A stretch of DNA of 64,000 nt from Azolla caroliniana (GCA_043228905.1 JBHGNT010000007.1:13082001-13146000); one strand, 5' to 3'; numbered from the stretch's first letter, positions 23,641 to 38,330 are shown. Numbers and translations: made by a program. Notes: a model not told the origin generated them from the letters alone.

Positions 23641-24561
23641 ATGGTTAGTCCCATCGATTTTCGCCTGATGTCCTCTGTGAGGACTTGGCCAGTTGTTTCA
23701 TCCAAATTTAGGATCTGGCTTATATACTAAGCCCTAACTTATTAACGAGTTCACACTCGGATGGATACAATTTGGAAGGAGTCGGCCTTTTATGCCAACA
23801 TGAACGAGGTAACACCGGAGCGAGTAGAGTTCTTTACTGCCTCATGTCATGTGTGCATGACCAGATGCTCGGCTACATCAAAGATGCAAAAACACTGGAG
23901 GCTTGGGAAAATATCCGAAAGATTTCCGCTGCAAGTACCACAACCCGTAAGTTCTAGCTCCAGCAAGAGCTGAACATCCGGCAGAGAGATATGTCGGTTA
24001 TGTAGTACACCACCAAAATAAAAGAGATTTGTGACGCGCTCAGGTCCATCAATGTGACGGTGGATGAAGAGAAATGGTCACAATCGGCCTTGGTTGTCTA
24101 GCATAATGGTACGGGCCAATCCAAACGGCAATTTGCACTCAGGAGAAGCCATCGTCCTTTCTCAACCTGCAATCTATGTTGATGGTTGAAGCAAAACCAC
24201 GTGAGTGGGTCTAGGACCACTCAGCTGAACAACCGGATGTTGTACACGGAGGCAGATCGGCCCCGTGGTCGTGGAGGACGACGTGGGTCGGCACACAATG
24301 GAGGCGGCCGGCAAGAGCAAAACTAGACACACAGAGACAGTGTCGACAGCAGTTCCAGACACTCCACAAGTAGGAGGAGTCAAAACAGTGCAGGAAACTG
24401 GCAATCGAAGGCTGACACGGAATGCTAGTACTGTGGCAAGAAAGGCCACGCAGAGAGTGAGTGCTGGAAGAAGCGTGCCAATTCGGATAACTCCGGATTC
24501 GGCAAGGCCGGAGAAGGGAACTGACAAAGCTCGCACTACGCAAGAGGATCGGAAGGATCCG

Positions 24562-25107
24562 TGTTGTGTGTGGGCCAATTTTGTAAATTAAGTATCAAAC
24601 GAACCCAAAGGGAAGAGAAGTAGGTAACGGCAACCAAAATCAGGAAGTTAACAAAGAACACAACTAGCCATAATACGTGTAGCCGAAAACGAGGGAAGAA
24701 TAAAGCACACCGGGCAAGAAGAAGAAAAGAACTATAAAAACGTGGAGCAAAACGTAGACAAGGGGAGGAGGAGAAGATAGTTAGCTGAGATAGGAGATTC
24801 TGATACATAACTATATTTACTTCTATCATAATTCTGGCCATGAGCCGTGTACTATGTTTTCTTTTCAATCATAATCCATATACAATTTTGGGTCAATACT
24901 CTTCTTTGTGTTAAGATCATGATTCATTACATAATTATACATTCTTGAATTAAGGTCTTGTCTATGACTGAGTACACTAGGCGTTCGTTACACCAACGGG
25001 TTGCAGAGCAACCCTACACATATTGTGTTGTGTCCACCACGTACCACAACCCCCCTTGGTCCGATTTCACTGAGAAATTGGAGTTGCTTCCGAAGAGGGA
25101 GCCAACA
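24562..25107 (+). repeat. 5' LTR of gypsy C
   Basis: TG...CA; matches the split 3' LTR. Confidence 0.9.
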
Positions 25108-25112
25108 CAATT

Positions 25113-25125
25113 TGGCACGCCCGGT
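25113..25125 (+). promoter_or_regulatory. PBS of gypsy C, probably tRNA-Arg(UCU)
   Basis: TGGCACGCCCGGT, 5 nt after the LTR; complementary to ...ACCGGGCGTGCCA (tRNA identity recalled, not searched). Confidence 0.8.
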
Positions 25126-25259
25126 TCACATTGTGCATCACAACGAACAAACATCGGTGGACGCCCCTAGTCGCCAGTACGACGCCCAATCTCCTTACCT
25201 GCTCTCGGCCCTACTCCCGTCCTGCTAAGTTAGCTGAAGATACTACTGGCTCTGTGATC

Positions 25260-28200
25260 ACTCAACACTCATCACCCGAAACCTCAGAATCACAACCTTC
25301 ACAAATCATCCCCGATACACAATCACGCACTGGCCCCGAACTCGCCACTCCTTGAGTCCACCAATAGTCTCTCAGAAAGCCGAGTTCAACCCCTTCCCGG
25401 CCCTTCTGGACGATTCAGATCTTGACGCAATTCCAAACCACTCCTATTCCCGCTATACGGATGGTCTCGATGCGGAAGCTCACATCCGCTCTTTTCTCTC
25501 CACATGGAAAGACAATCATTCCAAGCAATGCCTCACCACTGAGGAGGTGCACGCCTCCAAAATCACAGAATTTACCCTGCCCCGCTGCATGGTGGTACTC
25601 TCACCACGATCTGGGGGAATTTACGAGACTCCACAATGTCCGTACACAGTTTCTGGAGTTATTCCAGTGGGAAATCCCTAAGCGCGATTTGCTCTGTCAA
25701 TTCTATACCATTGCTCAGGGACCCAATGAAACGGTTTCTTAGTTTACCATCTGTTTACAAGCCCTCTACTGGCAACTCACACAGGATGTGTCCGCTAGTC
25801 ATTTAAAAGATATGTTCCTTGCTGAACTTTGGGAGCCGTTGAGCACGACGTTGGCCCTCACAAATTTTTCCCAAGACACTATCAAGCAAGTGGTCGCTCA
25901 TGCTCTTGCTTTAGATAAGGGTCATCACAATAAATCTTTCTCCATGGGCACGCTCCAAACCACCTAGCCAACAACCGAGGAGACCCAGTTTCGGCAAGCG
26001 CTGCAATGCACAACTTGTGCCAAGTCCGGTCACTCGACGATCGATTGCCCTCTCCGACCACACTGCCCCATCTGCCATTCTAGAGCACATACGATGGAGC
26101 AATGTGAGTATAACATGCTGAATTGTATGAACTCGGTCCCAATACAACAAATCGAACCGTGCCACGATCGTTCACAACTGGAGGAGTGACCCCACCATGG
26201 AACAGAGACGTTGAACGATCCTAGGAGGATGATCGACTTCAACACCACGATGACTATCACCCGGAACCGGATCGCTATCACCGGGAACCACCATACTATC
26301 GGCCACGCTATTACCGTGATGAACGCTATTATCCGGAGGACCCCTATTACTGTGCGGACTATGATCAAGGAGACTATCACGAGCCCCGGTACCCCAGGCA
26401 TAATCGACGGCCTCCACCTCATCATCGCGGCATCTAGCATTCGGGGAATAACCGACGACCCTTCGACAATTGTCGTCACGAAAATCTGCACAATGATAAT
26501 CGGTGGCCTCCCCAAGCCGAGTCTCGTAACAACCCTCCATAGTCCTATCCCCTGCCGGCTCGAGAAGATCTACCCCGCAACCTAGCGCAAGCTCAATTCA
26601 AGCAAGGAGAGCCCAGCAACTCCGCCATTGTAACCTGCATCATTTGTAATCAACCAGACCAGTACGTTACGCAATGTGCGATGAACAATCGAGGCAAAGC
26701 ACCAGCCGTGAATATGATTGTGATTGATGTTCAACATGTTACTACCCAAAGTAAGGCCCACTAGTCACACTGGGAGATTTAGGACGAGGTTCGCCAAACC
26801 ACTAATCACTGTATCGAAGCGGCCAATCAAGCCAACGTTGATCGGATGCAGACTGCACGAACCGACAATGACCTGGTTTGGCAAGCCCTAACCAACTACC
26901 AAATTTCCATGCCCTGCATAAACTATTGCGGTTGCAGCCATGCTTCAAAGAAACCGTCCAGTTCCGTACTGCTAGTCTGGAACCAATTACCTCCTTCATA
27001 CATGTCACGGCACCGGAACCCGGACCACCACTCATGGATTCCCAAATTTCAGCGGTAAAAATCGTCATTAAAGGCCACGAGGTTCATGGGTGCATTATCG
27101 ATGGTGGCTCAGGAGTTAATGTAATTAGTGAGGCGACATGTCAGAATCTGGGTCTCACTCAATGGGAGTTGTGTCCGTTTTGGCTTCACATGGCGGATAC
27201 ACGATTAGTTCGACCGATAGGTTTAATACGAAACCTTAATTTTATCCTTGGAGGGCATACCTTTACGGTCTCTGCGCTAGTATTACGACTGGATGCACCG
27301 GGAGCATACCCGTTGCGATTGGGATGGTCGTGGCTACGCACATCTAAGATAAGGCAACATTTTCGTCGGGGAAAGACAAAAGTCTGAATTGTCACAGAAG
27401 AATGAATCATGACGCCCCCCGAAAACAACCTGTTGTATGCTAAAGGATTTCATATGCTCAACGGTCTCGCCGACGACGAGATGGATTCTTTTTTGGATGA
27501 GCACCCCACGATCGTGCCTCTATTCGAAATAGATGTTCTTACGGTTGTGGAACCATACCTTGCCAACACCAACACGGCCGACCATGAAGCTCCACATGAA
27601 CAAGATCCCGAAGCCGTGAAGGAGTTAGGACACACCCGTGACACGCTCGATCGGGAATTGGCAATTTCTCAGCGCGTCAAAGCCACAACACTAGAGGAAG
27701 TCAATCTTGGTTCCTCTACCGAGCCACGGACATTAAAAATAGTGAAGGATCTGGTGCCCAAGGAACGATAAGCTCTACTGGGGCTATTGACCATCTATCA
27801 CGACGTATTCGCGTGATCATACAGTGACATGAAGAGGTTGGACGCCCAATACTATCAACACCACATCCACCTCCCAACGGATGCACGAGTCCAATAGCGG
27901 CGACACCAGATGAATCCAAATTATACAGCAAAGGTAAAAGAAGAGATTGACAAATTTTTACAAGTAGGGTTCATCCGACTAGTCAAATGAGCAACTTGGT
28001 TAAGTCCCATTGTAGTTGTGCCGAAAAAGAATGGGCATATCCGAGTGTGCATCGAGTACTGTAAACTCAACAAGGCCACAATCACGGATACATTTCCGCT
28101 TCCATTCACGGATGGCATTGTGGATGCGGTCGCGGGCCACGAATGCTACAACTTTTTAGATGGGTTTAGTGGCTACAATCAGATCCGGATGCACCTTGAA

Positions 28201-30580
28201 GACCAAGAGAAAACAACCTTTGTCACCGAATGGGGAGTGTTCGTCATAGTCGTGATGATGTTCGACTTGAAAACGACACTGGCCACTTTCCAACATATAA
28301 TTGCCAAAATTTTTGAGGACTATATCCTAGCATTCATGCAAGTCTTCCTCGATGATTTTGTTGTATATGTACAACAAATCGAGCACCTCGAATATTTACG
28401 CATGTGCCTCACACGATGCCGACAGGCACGATTCAGCTTAATCCAGTGAAATGCGCCTTCTACGTAACTAGCGGTACCTTGCTCAATCATATCGTCAGTC
28501 GGGAGGGCATAGCCATGGATTTCGACAAGGTGCACGCTATCTTGAATGTTCCAGCCCCAGCATGGCGAAAGCTCTTAGTCGATTTTTCGGACAGTTTCGG
28601 TGGCATAGTTGCGTGCTCTGCTACCTGGCCGATTTGGCAACTCCTCTGCATGCTGCAATGCACACGATTCCATTTTGGTGGACGGATCGGGAAGACGAAC
28701 CTTATCGCTCCCTCAAAGTGATGCTTTCACATGCCCCAGTTGTACAACCACGAAATTGGTTGCAGCCTTTCCACGTGTTCGTGGATGCTTCTGACATCGC
28801 CATCGGAAGCGTACTAATGCAGAAAACGTCTCCGAACTGGTATCGTCCAGTATACTACGCTAGTTGACGACTGTCCATGGCCAGAAAAAACTACTCTACC
28901 ATGGAACACGAAGCGCTCGGAATGATATACAGTATTATGAAATTTCATCATTACCTACTTGGCCGAAAATTTACATTTCACGTGGATCATTCGACACTTC
29001 TTTACCTGGTTAACAAATAGGCCTTTGGCCGGTCGATTGGCATGGTGGATGCTCCTTCTGCAAGAATTCAACTTTGACATCCAAGATCGACCAGGGGTCT
29101 AGCATGCAGTTGTAGATTACCTTAGCCATCTCGAATCCAAAGAACACGCCGAAACGGAATATGATGACTTACTTGACAATAGCTTGTTCACCGTTGACAC
29201 TACAACCCTGCTTGCAGATCATGAAGACGCCTGAATTATGGACATGACACATTTCCTCAACACTGGCCTCCCACCTGAACATCTAACGTTAGATGCCAAG
29301 AAACGATTAGTGATCCGAACCCGTAATTTTTGCCTGTTTACGAGCACTCTGTATCACAAAGGCTCAGACGGTATTTGGAGACGCGTGGTATGACAATTTG
29401 AGAAAGATGCAGTTCTACGCAAAGCCCACCACGGCGTTCTCGGCAGTCGCTACGTGGGTGATGCCACAACTCGGAAGATTTGGTAAAGCGGACTATGGTC
29501 GCCTACAACGAAAAAAGACGCTCACAAATGTTGCAAGCAAGGTGATCTCTATCACCGGATGGGCCAACCGAGCAAACAAGACTGAATGCCCCACCAACCA
29601 ATCCTGCTTTTGGAAACTATCCAAAAACAGGGATTGGATTTCATAGGGCCATTCAAACCACCCGCAATAAGTACAGGCAACAAGTATATAATCGTGGAAA
29701 CCAATTATTGCACAAAATGGGTCGAAGCGAAAGCACTCTGCAACAACACGGCCACGTCAACAGCCAAATTCGTGTACGAATATTTGTGGTTTCATTTGGA
29801 TGCCCAATCGAACTGGTGAACAATCAAGGAGGACATTTCGTCAATCGGCTTATTCACGATTTAACTTCTCATTACGCGCTCGTACACCAGAAAAGCACTC
29901 CATATTATCCTCAAGCCAACGGATTGGCGAAATCCACAAATAAAACCCTACAAACCATTCTCAAGAAAATCGTGAATGAGCATCGAACAGATTGGGACGA
30001 TAAATTGCATAGCACACAGTGGGCTTACCGCACTACGTTCAAGAGCAGCATCGAGTCCACACCCTTTTGAATGGCGTCTGACGTGGAAGCCGTAATGCCG
30101 ATCGAGTTCCAAATTCCAAGTCTTCGGGTGAAAATAACTGAATGATTGCCCGAATCCGAGTCAGAACAACAACGACTGGAACAACTACTCGAACTTGGGG
30201 AAGAGCACATCACTAGTTTCTTTCAATTGGAACACAACCAACAAAGATGGAAAGCTTTCGTAGATCGACATAGCCGTGATCCCGCAAAATCCTTCATAAT
30301 CGGCCAACCTTTCCTAGTGTTTCAAACACAACTCGGGACAATGCCGGGAAAACTTCGATTTCGATGGATGGGACCGTTTTGGATCATCGACACATACAAC
30401 GGCACATTCCAGATCGGCACACTAGCCGAGGAAGCAGTCAAGAATTGGGTCAACGAATTTTTGTTGAAATCGTACCGTGGCCCAACACCACCAAACCCCT
30501 TCGCAGAACAACAGCACGGCCAGGACCAAACCGTGGTAGGTGACATCGAAGATTTCGGGGGCACCATGCCCCAATCATAG
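25260..30580 (+). pseudogene. Gypsy C gag-pol, degenerate
   Basis: YSRYTDGLDAEAHI (gag); IIDGGSG (protease); FLDGFSGYNQI and VFLDDF (RT); FVDASD (RNase H); STPYYPQANG and GKLRFRWMGPF (integrase). Confidence 0.92.
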
Positions 30581-31018
30581 TAATTTGTCACCTACCGGCC
30601 ATGTGTATACTATTATTAAAATAAATAAATAAAAAGACCCATGTGTACACTATTTAAAGACGAGGAACGCCACACGAGAAAAGAAAGTACAAACGGTTCA
30701 AACGGCGCGTGGTCCTTAACTTCTAGTATGGCAGGCAAGATTCTGAATCTAGGGCACAAGGGCACGTCTCACGAATCAAGGCACTTGCATAAAAGCAGCA
30801 CCTATAGGCAAAGTGCTCGCTCTTCCAGAAACAATCAAGCTCTCGCTCCTCCTGCTCAAACTCTCTCTTGCTCACACCCTCTTGGCAATGAAGCTCTTTC
30901 TCGCTCTCCATCTCCATCTAGCGCACTCTCTTGCTCTTCGGAATCCTACATGCCGATCGACGTATCACAAGAGCTCCGCACTTGGCTCACCAGGCACAGC
31001 CTGGGAGGTTATCTCAAT

Positions 31019-34000
31019 TGAAAAGAATTGCGTGTGGAAGCAATACAGGAAACCAAACAACAGAAAATGCAGGTTTAATGGAAAGCTTAGGTTTGCATAG
31101 TACGCACGGGAGAGACACAAAGAGAGAGTGAAACACAAGAACTTAATTCAAAAATAATACTCAATCTGTACATAGGATGTGCTCAGTGAGCACTTTTATA
31201 CAAGCCCTGACAATCGAGCTGACACAAGTACTGACAGTACTTGACTGCTCATAAATGAGCTTCGACTCTTACTCCCAAAACTATTCCTTACGAGGAATAT
31301 CTCTCTAACGGCCTTTTGGTTTACGCACCGATACGGCCTTCCTATGCACCGGTCTACATACCGGTTTACACACCCATTTTACGCACCGGTCCGGCCTAAC
31401 CGATCGGTACCAACCGATCCGGTCCTCAGCTTGCTCAACCGATCCTGCCGATGTTTAGCTTGTCTCTCAACACTCCCCCTCAAGCTCAACTTGAGGTTCC
31501 GCCTACTCCGTCGGATCTACGCTTCGGCTTCTCCCGGCTCCACGCCTTGCTCGCACTTCTCGGCCTGTTCGACTCCGCACGCTTCAACCTTTCCGGTCAG
31601 CTTGTCTGCTCCCACGACCCTTCTCAACTTCCTTGTTGTGGTGTTGGCACCTCTTATGCCGCCTTCTCTTCCGCTTGGCCCTTGGTTGATTCAGCATATC
31701 CGAATCAAACATTTGAACCGACTCGGCTACCTCCGATCGGTTTTCGCTCTCATCCGAGTTGGTTGTCTCCAACTCTTCTTCGGTCTTCTCGCCCTTGACG
31801 GCTTCATCTCCCCCATGCTTGGTTGACTTCGGCTCTTTCTTCCAGCTGCTCCCTTTGTGTCCGCTTTTGGACTCTTCCGCAGGTCCGCCCTCGGCTTCTT
31901 CATCCGATCCAAAATCGAATTCATCATCCGACTCGGCGTCGCGGTCTTCTCTCCCCCTCAAGTTCGGCACATCGAGGTGACGCAACCCAAGCGCACCTGA
32001 GAATTGCCGCAACTTGTCCAGACCAAGAGGCTTGGTGAAGATGTTGGTGGGTTGCCGATCCGTCGGAACATACTGAAGTTCGACTTCACCGGAGAGAACA
32101 CGCTCACGGACGAAATGGCAGTGCACCTCAATGTGCTTAGTCCATGCATGGAAAACAAGGTTCTTGGCAAGTTGGATGTTGCTGACATTGTCGCAGTAGA
32201 TCGTCCTCGGATCGGACACCTCCTCTTGCAGGTCCTTAAGTAGCCGTTTCAACCATATGGCTTCGCATTTCGCGACAACCGCTCCTCGGTACTAAGGTTC
32301 GGTGCTCGACAGTGCAACTGTCGACTGCTTCTTACTACTCCACGTGATCACGGCAATCCCAAGAGAGAATGTGTATCCGGACGTGGATCGGCGATCGGCG
32401 GCGTTGCCAGCCCAATTAGCGTCGGTGTAGCCAACCAGCGGCGAGGCTGTACCAGTCCGATATAGCAGTCCCCGATCCTTAGTGCCGCTTATGTACCGCA
32501 GTACGCGTTGCGCACACTGAAGGTGCTCCTCGATAGGTCGCGCCATGAACTGACTGAGCACTCCAATGGGATAACTGAGATCGGGTCAGGTGATTATCAA
32601 GTAAATAAGGCTTCCGACAATTTGTCGGAACCTCGTCGGGTCGCACACCTTTCCGGAATTGGGGTGAAGCTTGACAGTTCTATCAAGAGGAGTCAAGACG
32701 GGCTTACAGTCTGCCATCCCGAATTTGAAGAGCATATTCAGCGCATAATGACGTTAGCTAATCAGTATGCCTTCGGGGGTGCAGATCACTTCGATCCCAA
32801 GGAAGTAATGAAGGTCCCCTAGATCCTGCATGTCGAATGATGCCGCAAGCTGGAGCTTCACGCGGTTTGATTTCACCTAGGTCGGCGTCGGTGATGACCA
32901 AGTCATCAACATATAGTAAAATACTAACCGGCCTGAGTCGACCTTTCCGGACGTTGCAAAGCCCATCTGACGCAGTTCTTACGTGATCTTCGCATTCCAG
33001 GCACGCAAGGCTTGCTTCAGTCCGTAAAGGGACTTCTTCAATTGGCACACTTGTTCCATGTACACCTGTTCCTCAAGCTCACCTTGCAAGAACTCATTCT
33101 TTACATCCATCTGATGTAAGTGCCACCCCTTTGCCGCAACTACCGCGACCAAAACACGGACGGTCGTCATCTTCGCGACGGGCGCAAACGTCTCATCGTA
33201 GTCGATGTTGTGTTTCTGCGCGTAGCCTTTTGCCACTAACCGGGCCTTGTATCAGTTGATCGAGCCGTCGGTGTTGTACTTGACCTTGTACACCCACCTA
33301 TTGATAGGAATACGCCTCCCTAAGCTATGCTCGGCCACAACCGAGACGTCGGATCAATCACAAAAAACAGGAATGTTGAGAGATGTATCTAAACACGAAA
33401 CAGTAAAGAAGAGAGTGCACTGGATGTTAACATGGAAAACCCTGAGAGGGAAAAACCATGGGAGTCCACAGACTCCAAACTATCACACTGTAAAGTAATA
33501 CAACAGGGAGCACAGAGGCAATGACCTCTTGCTCACAATCTTCACTTAGCGGCGGTTACAAAAGAGACATACTCTGTATCGCTCTCTCTGTCTCTCTCTC
33601 TGTATAGTCGTTACACAAATGACTCTATCATCATAACTATTAAGTTTGCCCTAGGTCATATTTATACTAATATGACTTTTAGGCTATTTACAAATATAGC
33701 CCCAATGGGCTCTCTGGAACATATTTACATATATGTCCCTTAATCCAGTGAGAGGTTCTCACCGGGCCTGCAACATCCGGTTCTCACCAGGTCTTCCTTG
33801 CCAGGTACTCGTCATCCAGTTCTCACCGGGTCTTCCGTTGTCGGGTGCTCCACATCTGGATTCGGCCTCGGCCGAGTTTGCTCATCAACACTGTTCTTCT
33901 CACTTACCATCCAGAGGAACCTATTTCCTAACAAACTCCCCCTTCACTGTGGCATGGGATGTCTTACTAGCTCGATCCACACCCAACATGCATCCAGCTT

Positions 34001-37000
34001 GTTGGGTATTAATACTTTGGGCAGCATATCTGACCCGTTCTCGGCCGTGTGGATCTTCGTCAGCGCGAACTCTCGATCTTCTACTCGCTACCGGATCCAG
34101 TGATACCTACGCTGGATGTGCTTCATCCTGGAATGGTGCGCTGCGTTCTTAGCAAGGTGGATGGCACTTTGACTATCGCAATAGAGCCAGTATTCACCTT
34201 GCTAGATACCGAGCTCTCCGATGAAGTCCTTCATCCATAATATTTCCTTGCCTGCTTCCACAGCCGCCATGTACTCCACCTCCGTGGTTGACAATGCAAC
34301 CGTCTTCTACAGCCTCGACTGTCACGAAACAGCTCCCCCTGCATATGTTATTACATACCCGGATGTAGACCGGCTGGTATCCACATCAGCCGACATGTCC
34401 GAATCTGTAAAACCGTCAAGTTGAGGTTTACCGGAGCCGAATCAGAGACACACATTCGAAGTGCCCTTTAGGTACCGAAGTATCCATTTGACCGTGTTCC
34501 AGTGCTCCTTGTCGGGATTGCTCATAAACCGGCTCACCACTCCGACTGCGTATCCAATATCAGGCTAAGTACACACCATTGCGTACATCAAGCTCCCGAC
34601 GTCAAAGGCATATGGAACCTTCATCATATCAGCCTTCTCTGCTTTCGTCTTTGGGCTTTGCTTAACGGATAGTCTACAGTTTGTTGGGAGTGTCGATCCG
34701 ACCAGTTTTGCTTCTAACATGTTGAACCGCTGAAGCACCTTTGTCACGTATTTCTCCTGTGACAACCACTATTGCTTCTTTGACCGGTCCTGGACGATGT
34801 GCATCCCCAGCATTTGTCTTGCCAGACCCAAGTCTTTAATTGCAAAAGTTCGGTTAAGAGCCTTCTTCAGCATCCGTATTGTTCTTCTCACTTCCCATCC
34901 GGAGGGACCTGATTCCTAACACCTACATCCGATCGGCTTCACACCCTTCGGTGCGTCAACCAGGTCCCAGGTCTCATTTTCCGCCAATGCGTGCATCTCT
35001 TCCTCCATCGCGGCACGCCAATTCGCGTCCTTAGCCACTTCTACATAGCTCTCCGGCTCACGCACTTCTGCTACATAGGTCATGTACGCATAATGATGCG
35101 CCATGTACTCGTTGTATCTGAACCACACAATTGGGTTCTTCTGGCGGGTAGATCGGCATAATCGGTCTTTAGCCGATGTCGAGGTCTTCTCGGCTGACGC
35201 GGACTTCGCTCCATCACGGCTTCCCTCGGAGTCGGACTCACATTGATCCGACTCATTCCTATCCGTGCCGTAATCCGACACCTTCTTCTTCCCTTTTTCT
35301 TTACGCGTGAGCCGTCTCCTCGGCTTCCTGCGCAAGGAATGTACGTCCGAGTCTCCACTACTCGCCGACTCTTCATCGGACTGGTCGAAACGACTTAGTC
35401 GTCCATTCGGTCCACTTAACCGAAACGAAATCAGACTCTCTTCGGGGGTCCCGATTTCAGGCTCAACCGGAGGCACCTCGGCCTCGCTATCCTCATTGTC
35501 AGAACTCGGATTGGTGGTGAGGTCCGGAGTCGGAGGCAAGTACCAGGACGCGGACTCATCAAACACAACGTCGCGGCTCACGCGCGCTTGTTTGGTGCGC
35601 AAGTTATAACACTTATAACCCTTTTGCTCGTCCGAATGGCCGACCAAGATACACTTCTCGGCTTTCGTGTCCAACTTCCTCCTTTTCTCCTTCGGCACAT
35701 GCATATACGCAATACTACCGAAAACTCATAAGTGTCACAAGTTCGGCTTCATTCCGAAATATAGTTCATGCGCCGACACTTTGTCTCTGATCCAGTTCTA
35801 GATGTATACTGCGGTCCTTACCGCCTCGGCCCAATAGAACTTGGGCAAACTCTTCTCCTCCAGCATTGCCCGTGCCGCTTCCACCACCGACCGATTTTTC
35901 CTCTCGGCCACGCCGTTTTGCTCTGGTGTGTATCTACAACTGAATTCGCGCCGAATTCCCATCTGTTGTAAATAACCGTTGAATTGATCGGAAAAGCATT
36001 CTTTTCCGCCATCCAACCACAGGCACTTGATCTTTCTTCCTGTTTCCGTTTCCATGAACCCTTTGAGGTCCCGAAAACAGTCGAAGACTTCGCTCTTCCT
36101 CTCAATGAGGTAGATCCACGTGTGCCGCGTGTAGTCGTCGATGAAGGAGACGAAATATCAGCTCCCGCCAAGTCTAATGTTTTGTGCCGGCCCCACACAT
36201 CGGAGTGTATCAAGTCGAGCTTGTTCCAGCTCCGGTTACGCTCGTTGGGGAAGGGAAGTTGGTGTTTCTTCCCAAGTTGGCAGGCTTCACAAATTTGTGC
36301 CTTCCGGCCACTAAATTTGGGCAATCCGAACACCACCTGTTTCGATTGCAGGTCCTGAAGCCGCTGGTAGTTGACGTTGCCTATCCGCTTGTGCCATAAG
36401 TCGATGTTCGACTCGACTTTTTGTCCCTTCGCGAACATTGCGGTGCCACCATCAGTAGAGTCGAGGATGAACATCCTCCCATCTCTGCACCCTTGCGCAA
36501 TAATACGGCCTTCTTCCTCAATGAAGCACCCGAGATGCGTAAACCGAACCTGCATCCCCTGGTCGACGATCTGCCCGACCGACACCAGGTTCTCTGTGAT
36601 TGTCGAGACGTGTAACACGTTCATGAGTTTCCCATTCTGTCTGACATGGCTCAAGGGAACTTCACCGACATTCACAATCGGATGCGGAGTGTCGTCTCCG
36701 GTTACGTCGGTTTCGCAAGATATGAGAACCACTCCTCGTGGCATGTCATGTGGTTTGATGCGCCGGAGTCTACATACCACACCTCGTTCAATTTCAGGGC
36801 AGACCCTTTTCCAGCTTCTCCGGATCCTTCGGCGTAGTGCAATCGCTGCCAGTTTCCTTTGTTCGTATGTCCGGAACCAGATCCGGAACCAATCCTCTCC
36901 AACTCGGCGCGCTTTTTCCAGCACTCGCTCTCCCTATGCCCTTTCTTGCCACAATACCAGCATTCCGCGGCAGATTTCCCTTGCCGGTTCTCGTCGCCCC

Positions 37001-38330
37001 AACTCCCCCTGTTTCTAGAGGGTCCAGAATTGCTGTCAGCATCACTTCGGTGCCTTCTTCCTTGATCCCATCAACCACCTCCATTGCGTACCGACTTGCC
37101 TCGTCCGCCACGACCACGGGGCCTATCTCCCTCCCTGTACATCATCTTGTTGTCGCCATGCGTGCTTGTCGACGCACCCGCGTGGTTCTCCTCTATAAGG
37201 AGCATCAATTGTAAGTCAAAAAAGGACGGCATATTCTCCCGGGTACACACAGCAGTTCGAAACGCCCCGAACTTCGACGCCAAACCCTCGAGACAAACCT
37301 GGACCATCTCGCTTTCCTCGATGTTCACATCGATGGAAGCTAAGGAGTCGCATATGTCCTTAATCCTCGAGGTATAGTCAGCCACCGACAAATCACGTTG
37401 TCATAGGTTGCTCAACTCCTGTCGGAGCTAAAGCTTCCTAGCTGTGGTGCTCGTGGTGAAGATCTTCTTCACATTTTCCCATGCACCCTTCAGCGTTTTT
37501 GCATCCCGAATGTAGCTTAATAGTTGTTCACCCACACAAGATGCGAAGCAGTACAGCACTCTGCTCGCCGATTGTTCCCACGCCGGGAAGTCCTTTGTGT
37601 GTCGAATCGGGTGTTGTGTCATTTGCACCATCGACATAGCTCCAGTAACCGTGACCGAGCTAGTATTGGTGCATCTTGTAAGACCAAGACACGTAGTTGT
37701 TTCTGTCGAGCTTCTCCGTCGGAAGCGAGCTAGCCATTCCTCTATCCATCGGTTTTCTTGTTCTTTTGCATTGGTTTTTCCTTCAAGCAAAGTCCGCTGC
37801 AGAGGTTCTCAACCCTCGCGTATCACAAGAGCTCCGCACTTGGCTCACTAGGCACAACCTGGGAGGTTATCTCAATTGAAAAGAATTGTGTGCGGAAGCA
37901 ATACAAGAAATCAAACAACAGAAAACGCAGGTTTAATGGAAAGCTTAGGTTTGCATAGTACGCACGGGAGAGACACAAAGAGAGAGTGAAACACAAGAAC
38001 TTAATTCAAAAATAATACTCAATCTGTACATAGGATGTACTCAGTGAGCACTTTTATACAAGCCCTGACAATTGAGCTAACACAAGTACTGACAGTACTT
38101 GACTGCTCATAAATGAGCTTCGACTCTTACTCCCAAAACTATTCCTTACGAGGAATATCTCTGTAACGGCCTTTCAATTTACGCCCCGATACGACATTCC
38201 TACGCATCGGTCTGCGTACCGGTTTACACACCTGTTTTACGCACCGGTCCGGCCTAACTGATCGGTACCAACTAATCCGGTCCTCGGCTTGCTCAGCCGA
38301 TCCGGCCGATGTTGAGCTTGTCTGTCAACA
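31019..38330 (-). mobile_element. Ty1/copia element H, inserted in the gypsy C extra ORF
   Basis: 454-bp LTRs at 31019-31472 and 37877-38330; TSD TCAAT (31014-31018, 38331-38335); gag, PR, INT, RT and RNase H fragments. Confidence 0.95.
33302..34921 (-). mobile_element. Deleted Tto1-like copia I (relative of D), inserted in the RT of H
   Basis: 3' LTR 33302-33933; PPT; RT/RNase H end (MSQEKYVTKVL, YAMVCT); ~41 bp of 5' LTR (34881-34921); TSD CCTAT/CCTAC. Confidence 0.88.

Noticed and set aside
35818-36924. 368-aa standalone ORF
   Set aside because: Frameshifted mosaic of copia H protease and integrase sequence.
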